NCBI GenBank assembly: GCA_031431115.1
Contig: JANPCV010000056.1
Span: forward strand, 26,132 to 90,131
Origin: Caulobacteraceae bacterium
Lineage (GTDB): Bacteria; Pseudomonadota; Alphaproteobacteria; Caulobacterales; Aquidulcibacteraceae
DNA length: 64,000 nucleotides
Reading direction: 5' to 3'
The notes under the pieces are model-generated. The model was not told the DNA's origin. It did not search any database and saw only the letters and a list, made by a program, of their open reading frames with translations. Numbering within the stretch: position 1 is the stretch's first letter; every line of letters begins with the position of its first letter. The translations under genes and the position numbers were made by a program. Positions 54,604 through 64,000 of the stretch are shown here, piece after piece.

Positions 54604-55819
54604 GCCGTCCTGCCCTCAAGAAATTTATCGGATCAACCGCCCGACCGCGGAACCACACCTCATAATGGAGATGGGTGCCAGTGCTGCGACCAGTGGAGCC
54701 CATTGAGCCGATGCGCTGGCCGATTGCGACTTGTGCGCCGCGTTCGATTTGGATGTCGCGCAAGTGGGCGTAACGGGTCTTGAATCCGTGACCGTGATCA
54801 ATCTCGACGGTGTACCCATATCCGGAGCGAGTGCCAGCATAAACCACAGTGCCTGGCGAGGTCGCGACCACTGGCGCACGATCGAATGCAGCCATGTCGA
54901 GGCCGGAATGGAACGTGGCGCGGCCTGTGAACGGGTCGATGCGTTGGCCAAAGCCTGAGGTTTCGCGGAAATCGACGGCGACAGGCGTCGCGAGCGGCGT
55001 CGAGTTCGCAATGCCATCGAGACGACGCGATTCGGTAACGCGCGCGGCGACTTGCGCAACACGCTCTGCAAACGCCGGGTTCAGGCCGCTATCGCGCAGG
55101 TAAGCGACGAAGTCCTGAGGCACGAGCGGGCCGCCAACTTGCGGCTCAGCTTCCGGTCCGGTGAGCGAGGCCATCGAGACGCCGGTGAGGCGCAGCACAC
55201 CGCGAACTTGTTCGCTACGCTCGACAACGCTGTCCTCGAGTTCCGAGAGCGTTTGTTCTTGATCGCCTTCGAGCGCTTCGGTCCGGGCACGGAAGCCAAC
55301 GGTCGTAACTTGATACGGCTCGGAAGCGACAGCGCGCGATTGGCGCGGCTCGGCCTCATCAATCGACGCGGCCATGATGATACGGGCGCCATCGCGTTCG
55401 ATCGGACGGTTGGCGGCGACTTGAAGCGTCGCACCGCCGGCATATTCCAGCAGCGAGCGAAGAACTTCGTGGCGGCTTTCGAAATCGGCGGTCGCACGGT
55501 CGAACTGGCGCGTCCGCTCTTCGAGCAGGGCCTGCGAGGCTGCAGCTTGCGCGCGGCTTTCGTTCAGCCAACGGTCGTACTTCGCGCGTTCGCGTTCAAC
55601 TTCAGCGTTGGACGCCGTCGCCTGCGGGCCCTCGAGAATAGTGTTGGTCGTCGCGTAGACGCACCATCCTGCCAAGCCCACGGCGGTCATCGCCAGGAGG
55701 GCTTGCTTGCCAGGTGATAGAGAAACGTAACGGACGGTACCGCCGCTACGATGATAAATTTGCCGCTCTGGGAACATGCGATCGAATAACGATCGTGCCC
55801 GTGATCCGAACTGGCTCAT
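54584..55819 (-). CDS. Bitopic M23 metallopeptidase with cytoplasmic tail, TM helix and coiled coil (LmdC-like)
   Basis: 411 aa with TM helix ALLAMTAVGLAGWCVYA, a coiled-coil region, and M23 motifs HSGLDMAA and THLHYEV. It overlaps the bactofilin start by 20 nt. Confidence 0.8.
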   Translation of the reverse strand: MSQFGSRARSLFDRMFPERQIYHRSGGTVRYVSLSPGKQALLAMTAVGLAGWCVYATTNTILEGPQATASNAEVERERAKYDRWLNESRAQAAASQALLEERTRQFDRATADFESRHEVLRSLLEYAGGATLQVAANRPIERDGARIIMAASIDEAEPRQSRAVASEPYQVTTVGFRARTEALEGDQEQTLSELEDSVVERSEQVRGVLRLTGVSMASLTGPEAEPQVGGPLVPQDFVAYLRDSGLNPAFAERVAQVAARVTESRRLDGIANSTPLATPVAVDFRETSGFGQRIDPFTGRATFHSGLDMAAFDRAPVVATSPGTVVYAGTRSGYGYTVEIDHGHGFKTRYAHLRDIQIERGAQVAIGQRIGSMGSTGRSTGTHLHYEVWFRGRAVDPINFLRAGRHVHEQG

Positions 55820-56001
55820 GGTCCGCCACCGCCCACTAACCTAAATGCAAAACTGTCGTCTTGCCCCACCAGAGTTCATCTCAACCTGAAACCCTCCCGA
55901 AATGCAACAGAGACCCACTGTCGTTTACGGAAATTTCAGCTTGTTTAACGCTCTTCTGCCAGAACCACGCCAAAACTGAGCAATTACAGTAAAAGCGACG
56001 C

Positions 56002-56481
56002 CTATTTCGCGTCTTGCACGTTAACCACTTTCAATACGTCTTCCACATGTCCTGGCACGCGCACCTTTCTCCAGCTGTGCACGAGCTTTCCCTTCGTATC
56101 GATGAGAAAAGTGGCGCGTTCTATCCCCATAAAAGTGCGGCCGTAGAGCGTCTTCTCACCCCACACGCCGTAGGCCTCTGTGACCTCACCGGTTTCGTCG
56201 GCGCCTAATTGCACCTTGAGCCCATGTTTAGCCGCGAATTTATCGTGCTTAGCGACGCTATCGCGCGAGACGCCGAGCACCACTGTGTTCGCGGCTCCAA
56301 AACTCTTCGCCTTTTCAGTGAAGTTTAGGGCTTCCAGGGTACAACCGGGTGTGTCGTCCTTTGGGTAGAAGTAAAGGACGACGCGCTTGCCCTTAAGGCT
56401 TGCCAAGCTGACGCGTCCGCCCCCGGCCGTTGGAAGATCAAAGGGGGGTGCGGGGTCGCCAAGTTTGAGCACTTTAGCCAT
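56002..56481 (-). CDS. bcp: Peroxiredoxin (Bcp/PrxQ type)
   Basis: ATG 56481 gives MAKVLKLGDPAPPFDLP...VVLYFYPKDDTPGCTLEA. The ORF-track start at 56577 is probably too early. Confidence 0.9.
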   Translation of the reverse strand: MAKVLKLGDPAPPFDLPTAGGGRVSLASLKGKRVVLYFYPKDDTPGCTLEALNFTEKAKSFGAANTVVLGVSRDSVAKHDKFAAKHGLKVQLGADETGEVTEAYGVWGEKTLYGRTFMGIERATFLIDTKGKLVHSWRKVRVPGHVEDVLKVVNVQDAK

Positions 56482-56625
56482 CGGGAGCCACCTCCAGGCT
56501 CGCGGCCGCCAGGACATTGGGTGGGCCGTTCTGTCCGGCGCCAACTGCGGCCGGGCTGGGGCATTGCTTTGCTTCAAAAACCTAAACCGCGCTAGATACT
56601 TGCGAGGGGCGCTGGAGCAGGCCCG

Positions 56626-59600
56626 ATGATACGCCGCTCGACGCTGATTGCAGTCGAGATACTACTCGGACTGGTTGCGGCCCTCGCAATCGGTGTCGGA
56701 GTCGCTTGGTGGCGGTTCAGCCAGGGCCCAATCGAACTCAATTCAATGCGCGACCAGATCCAGACCGAACTGAGCGAGGCTCGTTCTGGCCGGCCGGTGG
56801 GGATCGAGCGGGTTGAGCTGACTTGGAGCACGCGAGGTCTGGAGCTCCGCGCCGTTGGCGTGACCGTGGAAGATGGGCGCGGCGGCGTGCTGTCGCGTTC
56901 TGAAGAGGCGCGGATATCTCTCGACGTCCTTCCGCTCTTCATCGGACGCATTTCCGTATCGCGCGCCGAGTTCATCGGCGGCGCCATTACGTTTACACGC
57001 CGGCTAGACGGCGCGATGCATATCGCGTTCGGCCCCGAGGGTGCGCCGGCAGACATCATCATTCCTGCCGCGACGACCAACGAGACGCTCGAAGAACGCG
57101 TCGCGCGTGTGCTCGACAGCATGGAAGATGCGTTCAAGCCAGTCGGAGCAGGCGGAAGCTTGCGCGAGATCTCGCTGCGCGGCGCAGCTCTTACGCTGAT
57201 CGATGAGGCGGGCGGTGGACGCTGGACCGCGGACGCCGCCAGCATCGAACTTGCACGGCGCGGGCGTTCGCTTGCGCTTTCAGCGAGCGCTGAACTGGAG
57301 GGCGCCGAGGGCATTGCGCCCGCGACGCTTCGCATCACCACGGACACAAGCTTCCAAAGCGCGCTGATTGAGTTCGGCGCCGAGAATGCGCGGCCACGCG
57401 CCTTGTTCTCACAAGCAGCGCTCGGACCATTCGCAGCTCTCGATGCGCCGGTGACTATGAACATCTCCGTCGGCATGGATCGCCAGGCTGGCGTCAATCT
57501 CTTTGAAGGCGACGTCATCGTAGGCGAGGGCTCTGCCGACGTTGCTGGTGATCGTCTCAGCCTAAGTGGCGGGCGCCTTCACGGGCGCTACGACGTTGAG
57601 AGCGACGAACTGATTATTGATCAGATTTCGCTCGCCGGTGACCGCACGCGCATTGGCGGCGATATCCGAGTTCGTGACGTGTCAGCAATCATGCGCGCAG
57701 CGCCGAATGAGCCGGCAGCTTTCAACGTTTCGCTGCCGTCGATGCGCGTCGATATTCCGGGGACCTTTTCCGAGCCCCTAGCAATCACCAACGTGGAAAT
57801 TGCCGGTTCGATCGTGTCGGCCGAGCGTTCCGTGAGCTTTACGCGGATCACGGCCCGCGCGGGCGAAGGCACGTTCAACGGCACGGGTCGGCTTTACTGG
57901 GCCGACGTCGGCGAGCGTTCACATGTTGGCTTGCAACTCGATGGCGCCCTCGATGGCGCGGTCGAGGCGCGTGATGTGATGCACATGTGGCCGGTTGGTC
58001 TTGGCGAAAGCGCACGCGAGTACCTGGCGCGTACGCTTACGGGTGGACGCGTGACTGACGCGACCGTGCACATCAACATCACGCCCGGAGATCTCGCCGA
58101 CGGCGCGCTCGTCGATGATGCGCTGGATATACGCTTCAACGTCGACAATGGCTCGATGACATTCATTTCGACGATGTCGCCGATCACGAACGCGCGCGGG
58201 TCTGGCGTACTTCGCGGCAACAGCTTCACCATGACGGTGCCGGAAGCGCGTTTCCATGGAATGCCGGTGACCAACGGGCGCATTGAGGCGCCGCAATTCA
58301 AGCCGAATGGCTCGATGATGACGATCTCGGCGCGCGTAGATGGTGAGGCGCGCGCCCTACTCGAAGTGCTAGCCATGGAGCCGATCGCACTGGGCGACCG
58401 TCTGCCGATCGAGGCGACGACCGCGACCGGTCGCGGCAGTGTGAACGTGCGCATCCAACGCCCGATGGTGCGCGACGCGCCATTCGAGGCTTGGCGCTTC
58501 AACATCGACGGGTCGATCCGTGACTTCGCGGGCAATATGTCGACGCGGCGTGTGGCGTTGAGCAACGGCCAGTTGACGGTGCGCGGCGATCAGCGGGCGG
58601 TGACCGTGAGCGGCCCAATTCGCGCAGGCGACTCCGCAATCCAAAATGTCCGTTGGACCGAGCATATCGGGCGGGAGGAGGATGCAGCTTCATCCGAGTA
58701 TCAAATCTCGGGCGATTTTGATGCGAACGATCTTGAACGGCTTGGATACCCGGTGGCGCAATACGCGCAGGGGCGCATTGGCGTCACGGTTACGGGGCAG
58801 GGGCGCGGCTTTGATGTCGACAACGCCCGCATCGATCTCGACCTCCGCAACGCCGCCGTGCAATTGCCGCGTGACTTTTGGACGAAGCGTGCGGGCCAAG
58901 CGGCGTCGGCGCGCTTCGTTGTCCAGCGTCAGGGCGACGGCGGCTTGGCGTTCAACGACATTGACGCGCGCGGCGCCGGATTGCTCGCGCAGGGCCGCGC
59001 GAGGTTGGCGCGTGACAACACTCTGCTTGAAGTCGATCTGTCGCGTTTAGTTGTCGAAGGCAGCGCCGATGCTCGCCTGACCGCGGCGCGTGCTCAAGAT
59101 GGTGCGCTGGAAGTGAACATTCGCGGCGCAATGTTTGACGCCGCGCCTTTCATGGGATCAGATTCACCGCCGGAAGCGGCGGCTGCGACCGCGCCGCCAA
59201 CTGCCGCGCAGAGCGCGCCACGCAATTCCGGTGCGATGCGCGCAAGCGTGATCGTGGATCGTCTGAAGATGCGCGGTGGCGCCACGTTGGCTGACGCGAA
59301 CGTTCATGTCGCGACGGTGCGTGATGGATTGATGACGCTATCCGCAGAGGGCCGCTCCCCCGGAGGCGAGGCGTTCTCTCTAACGCTGGGTCAGCGCGCT
59401 GGCGATGCGCGGAGCCGCGTCCATTTCCGAGCCGGCGATGCAGGCTTTGCCGTGCGCGCGTTGACTGGCGCAGAAAACGTCATTGGCGGCACGGCTTCCG
59501 CCGATGGAGATTGGCGCGGCGGCGCGCAGAGCCAAGCCCGTTTCTCGGTTGGGATGCGAGACTTTCAAGTCGTGCGCCTGCCTGCAATGGCGCGCTTGTT

Positions 59601-60141
59601 GTCCTCGGCAGGCTCGCTGACCGGCTTGACTGAGATGCTGAACGGCGACGGCATTGGCTTTCAGGCGTTCGACGCCGAGATGACGTACGCCACCAACCGC
59701 CTTCATTTCGCGGAAGGCCGCATGGCCGGCCCATCGCTCGGGCTCACAGGCGCCGGCAGCTATGACATCACGCGCGACAATCTCGATATCGACGGCGTTG
59801 TTGCGCCGTCGCCGATGCTTAATCTCTCGATGCTCGGCAGCATTCCGGTGATTGGTGACCTGCTCGTTTCGCGCCGGGGCGAGGGCGTGTTCGGCATGAC
59901 CTATTCGATCAACGGCCATGCCGCCGAACCACGCGTCGGTGTGAACCCGGTTTCGGCGCTAACACCCGGTATTTTGCGACGCATCTTCGAGCCTGTGCCG
60001 CAGCGCGAGGCGGAGGCGCCCGCTCGTAATCCAGGCGGTGCGCACATGTTCAACCCGTCTGGCTCGACGCCAATCGCGCCGGATCCAACAACGCCTGCCG
60101 AGAATGCGGTGGGCGCGGCCGTCGCGGACGCTTTACCCTAA
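56626..60141 (+). CDS. AsmA-family / YhdP-like large envelope protein (DUF3971)
   Basis: 1171 aa with an N-terminal TM anchor, a long beta-rich body and an AsmA-like C-terminus ([59 protein letters not shown]). Confidence 0.75.
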   Translation: MIRRSTLIAVEILLGLVAALAIGVGVAWWRFSQGPIELNSMRDQIQTELSEARSGRPVGIERVELTWSTRGLELRAVGVTVEDGRGGVLSRSEEARISLDVLPLFIGRISVSRAEFIGGAITFTRRLDGAMHIAFGPEGAPADIIIPAATTNETLEERVARVLDSMEDAFKPVGAGGSLREISLRGAALTLIDEAGGGRWTADAASIELARRGRSLALSASAELEGAEGIAPATLRITTDTSFQSALIEFGAENARPRALFSQAALGPFAALDAPVTMNISVGMDRQAGVNLFEGDVIVGEGSADVAGDRLSLSGGRLHGRYDVESDELIIDQISLAGDRTRIGGDIRVRDVSAIMRAAPNEPAAFNVSLPSMRVDIPGTFSEPLAITNVEIAGSIVSAERSVSFTRITARAGEGTFNGTGRLYWADVGERSHVGLQLDGALDGAVEARDVMHMWPVGLGESAREYLARTLTGGRVTDATVHINITPGDLADGALVDDALDIRFNVDNGSMTFISTMSPITNARGSGVLRGNSFTMTVPEARFHGMPVTNGRIEAPQFKPNGSMMTISARVDGEARALLEVLAMEPIALGDRLPIEATTATGRGSVNVRIQRPMVRDAPFEAWRFNIDGSIRDFAGNMSTRRVALSNGQLTVRGDQRAVTVSGPIRAGDSAIQNVRWTEHIGREEDAASSEYQISGDFDANDLERLGYPVAQYAQGRIGVTVTGQGRGFDVDNARIDLDLRNAAVQLPRDFWTKRAGQAASARFVVQRQGDGGLAFNDIDARGAGLLAQGRARLARDNTLLEVDLSRLVVEGSADARLTAARAQDGALEVNIRGAMFDAAPFMGSDSPPEAAAATAPPTAAQSAPRNSGAMRASVIVDRLKMRGGATLADANVHVATVRDGLMTLSAEGRSPGGEAFSLTLGQRAGDARSRVHFRAGDAGFAVRALTGAENVIGGTASADGDWRGGAQSQARFSVGMRDFQVVRLPAMARLLSSAGSLTGLTEMLNGDGIGFQAFDAEMTYATNRLHFAEGRMAGPSLGLTGAGSYDITRDNLDIDGVVAPSPMLNLSMLGSIPVIGDLLVSRRGEGVFGMTYSINGHAAEPRVGVNPVSALTPGILRRIFEPVPQREAEAPARNPGGAHMFNPSGSTPIAPDPTTPAENAVGAAVADALP

Positions 60142-61391
60142 CTCACCCGCAGCAGCGCGTGCTTCTTCTTGCCCAGCGAGAGCTTGATTGCGCCATCGAC
60201 GAGATCGGCGGCGCTCAGCGACGCAGAATCGTCGGCCACCGGATTGTCGTTCACACGTAACGCGCCAGCCGCAATGTGGCGCTTCGCTTCCCCATTTGAC
60301 GCAACGAGTTCGGCGCGGGTGAACGCGGCGGTTACCCGAAATCCCTGTGAGAGTTCTTCGTTCGTCACGGAGAAGGTCGGCAGATTGTCGCTTCGCGCAC
60401 CTTGCTCAAATGTCGCGCGCGCGGCTTCCTCGGCTTTGTTGGCTTCGTCGCGGCCGTGTAGCAGCGCTGTCGCTTCAGTTGCCAGCACTTTCTTGGCGTC
60501 GTTGATTTCGGCGCCTTCCAGCGCTTCCAGGCGGGCGATTTCCGCGAGCGGCAGATCGGTGAATATTTTCAGGAAGCGGCCAACATCTGCGTCTTCGCTG
60601 TTGCGCCAGTATTGCCAATATTCGTAGGGGCTCACCATGTCGGCGTTGAGCCACACTGCGCCTTGGGCGGTCTTGCCCATCTTGGCGCCGCTTGCGGTGG
60701 TGATGAGCGGCTGCGTTAGGCCGAAGAGTTCAAAGCTCTCCATGCGGCGGCCGAGTTCAACACCATTGATGATATTGCCCCACTGATCGGAGCCGCCCAT
60801 TTGTAGCGCACAATTGTAGCGGCGCTTTAGCTCTACGAAATCGTAGGCCTGCAGGATCATGTAGTTGAACTCGATGAAGCTCATCGGCTGCTCGCGCTCG
60901 AGGCGGAGTTTCACACTATCCATCGAAAGCATGCGATTGACGCTCATGTGGCGCCCGACCGTGCGCAAGAAGTCGAGATAGTTGAGCTTCAGCAGCCACT
61001 CGGAATTGTCGACGAGAATGGCGTCGCTTTTGCCGTCTCCAAAGGTCAGGAATTTCTCAAACGTACCGCGGATCGAGTTGGTGTTTTTGACGATCTGCTC
61101 TTCGCTCAAGAGCTGACGCATCTCCTCCTTGCCGGAAGGGTCGCCCACACGCGTTGTGCCGCCGCCGAGCAGCACGATTGGCTTGCCGCCAGCCTGTTGT
61201 AGCCGGCGCAGATACATAATCTGGGTGAGGTTGCCGACATGCAGCGACGGCGCCGTCATGTCGAAGCCGATATAGCCGGTGACGCCCGCGACCGCGGCTT
61301 TGTCTAAGCCTTCCAAGTCGGTGCACTGATGGAACTGCCCGCGCGCGACGGCGTCGCGGAGGAATTGGGATTGGAGATTGTCGGTCGTCAT
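60138..61391 (-). CDS. tyrS: Tyrosine--tRNA ligase
   Basis: 417 aa with a HIGH-type motif (SLHVGN), KMGKT and a C-terminal S4-like domain. Confidence 0.95.
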   Translation of the reverse strand: MTTDNLQSQFLRDAVARGQFHQCTDLEGLDKAAVAGVTGYIGFDMTAPSLHVGNLTQIMYLRRLQQAGGKPIVLLGGGTTRVGDPSGKEEMRQLLSEEQIVKNTNSIRGTFEKFLTFGDGKSDAILVDNSEWLLKLNYLDFLRTVGRHMSVNRMLSMDSVKLRLEREQPMSFIEFNYMILQAYDFVELKRRYNCALQMGGSDQWGNIINGVELGRRMESFELFGLTQPLITTASGAKMGKTAQGAVWLNADMVSPYEYWQYWRNSEDADVGRFLKIFTDLPLAEIARLEALEGAEINDAKKVLATEATALLHGRDEANKAEEAARATFEQGARSDNLPTFSVTNEELSQGFRVTAAFTRAELVASNGEAKRHIAAGALRVNDNPVADDSASLSAADLVDGAIKLSLGKKKHALLRVS

Positions 61392-61538
61392 GATGGGCGC
61401 GCGCTTAGCATGGGGGCGCCCCTAAGTCGAAGCTTGAACCCGCCGCGGGCGCCGGTACAGCGCAGTGCGTTCCCCTGCCTGGGTCTTGTTTGCATCATTC
61501 TCCCCTGGATACTCGCGCCACTGACTCGAGGGGGCCGC

Positions 61539-62345
61539 ATGCCGTGGGGAAGAGTGATTTTGGCGTTGTTGGCGACGCTGTTCGTCGTCGGTGGCATGGC
61601 AAGCATAGTCGCGCTGGGATCGGGCGCATGGCGGCCTGACTTCTCCAATACGCCGGGCCTGAACCAGCAGGACATGGCGACGCTTGCGGCTCCTTTCGAT
61701 GACATCCGCCTCGAGCGTGATGGGGCAGTGATCGCGCGCCTTGGCGGGCAAAGCGTCAGCGCGCAGGCAGAGATCGACCGCATTCAAACATTGCTGCCGC
61801 CTGGCGAGCCACTTTCATCGCGGCTGACGACTATGCGTGCGCAGGTCGGCACGAGCGGCAATCGTCTGTGGGGCGTACGTGAGTACGAGTATCCTGAGCA
61901 TGTGGTGCGCGCGGAGACGACGCTTTACCGCGACAACGCCGAGCAACCATGGAGCATCGAGGGCTTCAACGTAAATGTGCTGTCGCGCGAGGCGCTGGCG
62001 TCCCGCGGGCTGAACTTTGCTGCGGAGCCGCCGAGCGTGCAGGCAGTGATCGTCGCCGCAGTGGCTCTGCCGCTGTTCATGCTGGCAACGTTTCTGGTCG
62101 CGCTGTTTCAGCCCGGTCTAAAGCCACGCTGGGTCTGGTTGCTTCTCGTCCCGCTCGGGTTCGGCACGATCTCGGCCAATACCGCCACCGACGCGCTGAC
62201 GTTCCTGCCCGTTTCCATTCAGCTGTTCGGCGCCGGCGCCACCTGGAGCGGGTCGGTGTTTGACGGTTGGGTGTTCAGCGCGGCGATCCCGTTCGGCGCG
62301 CTGTTCTATTGGCTGGCGCGAATGTTCAGTAAGCGGCCGGCCTGA
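61539..62345 (+). CDS. Hypothetical membrane protein
   Basis: ATG 61539 gives MPWGRVILALLATLFVVGGMASIVAL (TM helix). A periplasmic-looking segment follows, then 3-4 C-terminal TM helices. I recognise no family. Confidence 0.5.
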   Translation: MPWGRVILALLATLFVVGGMASIVALGSGAWRPDFSNTPGLNQQDMATLAAPFDDIRLERDGAVIARLGGQSVSAQAEIDRIQTLLPPGEPLSSRLTTMRAQVGTSGNRLWGVREYEYPEHVVRAETTLYRDNAEQPWSIEGFNVNVLSREALASRGLNFAAEPPSVQAVIVAAVALPLFMLATFLVALFQPGLKPRWVWLLLVPLGFGTISANTATDALTFLPVSIQLFGAGATWSGSVFDGWVFSAAIPFGALFYWLARMFSKRPA

Positions 62346-62418
62346 AGTTCATCTCGGCGCCGATATTTGCGGGCCGCGTTACTGCGTTCTTAAGTGCTTC
62401 CTGTGCTAGGTCACCGCC

Positions 62419-62940
62419 GTGGTCCACGAACTGATTTGCCACCCGGACACGCCAAGCGCGGCCGTCGATCAGATCGGCGTCGCGGCAGTGCGTCCGCTGC
62501 CCGGCGTTCTGGCGTTACGCTTTACTGTTGCCGGGCGGATCGCGGAGGTTCGTCTTGCGCCGCCATCGGATCCGCTGCGCACCGATGAACTCTGGCAAAC
62601 GACGTGTTTCGAAGCTTTCGTCGAGACTATGCCGGGCGCTGGCTATTTCGAATTCAACCTTTCGCCGTCGACGAAGTGGGCGGCGTATCATTTCAGCGAC
62701 TATCGCACCGGCATGGCGCTCGCGGAGTTGTCGCCGCCCGCGATCATCACTGGCGCGAACGCCACGCATGTCGATATTGACGCGCTGATCTATCTGCCAG
62801 CCAGTGACGAGCCGTGGCAGGTCGCGCTGACGGCAGTGATTGAAGAGACGGGCGGTAGGAAGTCGTACTGGTCGCTAAAGCACGCGCCCGGCAAGCCGGA
62901 CTTCCATCATTCCGATGGCTTTATTTTGGAGCTTCCATGA
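62419..62940 (+). CDS. DOMON-like domain protein
   Basis: 173 aa with LWQTTCFEAFV....GYFEFNLSPS.KWAAYHF..YR, resembling the DOMON-like/CBM9-like proteins that commonly precede DUF1343 genes. ATGA overlap with the next gene. Confidence 0.55.
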   Translation: MVHELICHPDTPSAAVDQIGVAAVRPLPGVLALRFTVAGRIAEVRLAPPSDPLRTDELWQTTCFEAFVETMPGAGYFEFNLSPSTKWAAYHFSDYRTGMALAELSPPAIITGANATHVDIDALIYLPASDEPWQVALTAVIEETGGRKSYWSLKHAPGKPDFHHSDGFILELP

Positions 62941-64000
62941 AGTTTGGCATCGATCGTTTGTTGGAGGATGCCTCGCTGCGTGCGCCGCTTCGCGGCAAAC
63001 GCGTAGCGCTGGTGGCGCACCCGGCTTCGGTAACGCGTGATCTGACGCATTCGCTCGATGCCCTGATGGCGCTCGATGACGTGCGCATCACGGCCGCGTT
63101 CGGACCGCAGCACGGCATGCGCGGCGATAAGCAGGACAACATGGTGGAGTCGCGAGACTACACCGATCCTATGCACGGCGTGCCGGTGTTCAGTCTCTAT
63201 GGAGATCAGCGTCGGCCGACCGGCCAGATGATGTCGACGTTCGATGTCGTGCTTATCGATCTGCAGGACCTTGGTTGCCGCATCTACACGTTCATCACCA
63301 CGCTGCTCTACATAATCGAAGCGTGCGCGGCCGATGGCAAAGAAGTTTGGGTGCTGGATCGCCCCAATCCGGCGGGCCGGCCGGTCGAGGGGCTGACGTT
63401 ACGCCGGGGCTGGGAGAGCTTTGTCGGCGCGGGGCCAATGCCGATGCGTCACGGTATGACGCTTGGCGAACTCGGTCACTGGTTCATCGATCATTACAAG
63501 CTCAACGTCGCCTACCGCGTGATCGAGATGGAAGGCTATCGGCCTGACGAGGCGCCGGGTTACGGCTGGCCAGTCGCGTCGCGCACATGGGTTAATCCAT
63601 CGCCGAATGCGCCCAATCTATGGATGGCGCGCGCCTATGCCGGCACGGTGATGGTGGAGGGCGCGACGCTATCTGAAGGGCGTGGCACGACACGGCCGCT
63701 CGAACTCTTCGGCGCCGCCGACATTAATGCGCGCGACGTGATGACCGAGATGGAGCGCTTTGCGCCGCAATGGCTGAAGGGCTGCAAACTACGCGAAATC
63801 TGGTTCGAGCCGACGTTCCACAAATGGGAAGGTCAGCTCTGCCATGGCGTGCAGATTCACTGCGAGGATCCAGCCTACTACGATCACCAAGCGTTCAAGC
63901 CGTGGCGTTTGCAGGCGCTTGCGTTCAAGGCGATCCGCCGTCTCTATCCAGACTACGAATTGTGGCGCGAGTTTTCCTACGAGTACGTGTTCGACAAGCT
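62937..64000 (+). CDS. DUF1343 / exo-beta-N-acetylmuramidase NamZ-like (partial, runs off window end)
   Basis: Not in the ORF track because it has no stop in the window. My translation is MKFGIDRLLED...LRGKRVALVAHPASV...FGPQHGMRGDKQDNM...VVLIDLQDLGCRIYTFITTL...VLDRPNP...MPMRHGMTLGEL, the DUF1343 signature. Confidence 0.8.
   Translation, partial: MKFGIDRLLEDASLRAPLRGKRVALVAHPASVTRDLTHSLDALMALDDVRITAAFGPQHGMRGDKQDNMVESRDYTDPMHGVPVFSLYGDQRRPTGQMMSTFDVVLIDLQDLGCRIYTFITTLLYIIEACAADGKEVWVLDRPNPAGRPVEGLTLRRGWESFVGAGPMPMRHGMTLGELGHWFIDHYKLNVAYRVIEMEGYRPDEAPGYGWPVASRTWVNPSPNAPNLWMARAYAGTVMVEGATLSEGRGTTRPLELFGAADINARDVMTEMERFAPQWLKGCKLREIWFEPTFHKWEGQLCHGVQIHCEDPAYYDHQAFKPWRLQALAFKAIRRLYPDYELWREFSYEYVFDK

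Noticed and set aside
55925-55945. Possible CtrA box (TTAA-N7-TTAAC) upstream of the LmdC-like gene.
   Set aside because: Only TTTC-N7-TTAAC is present, so one half-site is imperfect. That is too weak to call without a PWM and genome background. It is mentioned only as context in a finding.
1-64000. Mobile elements, prophage, CRISPR arrays, toxin-antitoxin or known defence systems.
   Set aside because: I recognised no transposase, integrase or recombinase, no Cas-like or phage structural proteins, no direct-repeat/spacer arrays, and no small two-gene TA-like pairs. The only accessory-looking block (24.6-30.0 kb) has no identifiable mobility genes or flanking repeats.

Overview
High-GC (about 65%) alphaproteobacterial chromosome segment. 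Gene content (hdaA, NDUFA12-mlaD-DUF2155, CsgH, a bactofilin plus M23 pair, AsmA-like, NamZ) suggests a Caulobacterales/Hyphomonadaceae-like organism. It is densely packed with about 60 mostly housekeeping genes, in this order: lptD-lptG-lptF <> pepA-orf85-holC; three tandem I78 inhibitor lipoproteins; ndk; purM-purN <> DUF2066-hdaA-ppk1-ppx-DUF3297; adenylate cyclase; rnd; aspS; NDUFA12-mlaD-DUF2155-surE-pcm-nlpD-like; yajC-secD-secF; dsbA-like/M48; rne; amiC; PBP1A; prfB, which has the classic +1 frameshift that the ORF track splits; bactofilin plus LmdC-like M23; bcp; AsmA-like; tyrS; DOMON-like plus NamZ. I found no rRNA, tRNA, CRISPR, transposase or integrase. Many long ORFs in the track are antisense artefacts of the high GC content, and several true genes start downstream of the first in-frame start listed. 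The one accessory-looking stretch lies between aspS and a ribonucleotide-reductase-like gene (about 24.6-30.0 kb). On one strand it carries a curli-type amyloid module (7-repeat CsgA-like, CsgH chaperone, CsgB-like) followed by two secreted, Cys-capped pentapeptide-repeat proteins. A divergently transcribed ABC ATPase plus an unclassifiable 464-aa membrane protein sit alongside. No CsgE/F/G secretion genes occur anywhere in the window. This is my best candidate for an undescribed system. The second candidate is a 933-aa class II RNR (NrdJ) homologue (30009..32810). Its catalytic finger loop and other barrel motifs look degenerate, while the C-terminal TSCPD-type domain and Cys pairs remain conserved. 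All functional calls rest on motif and family recognition by eye, with no database search run.
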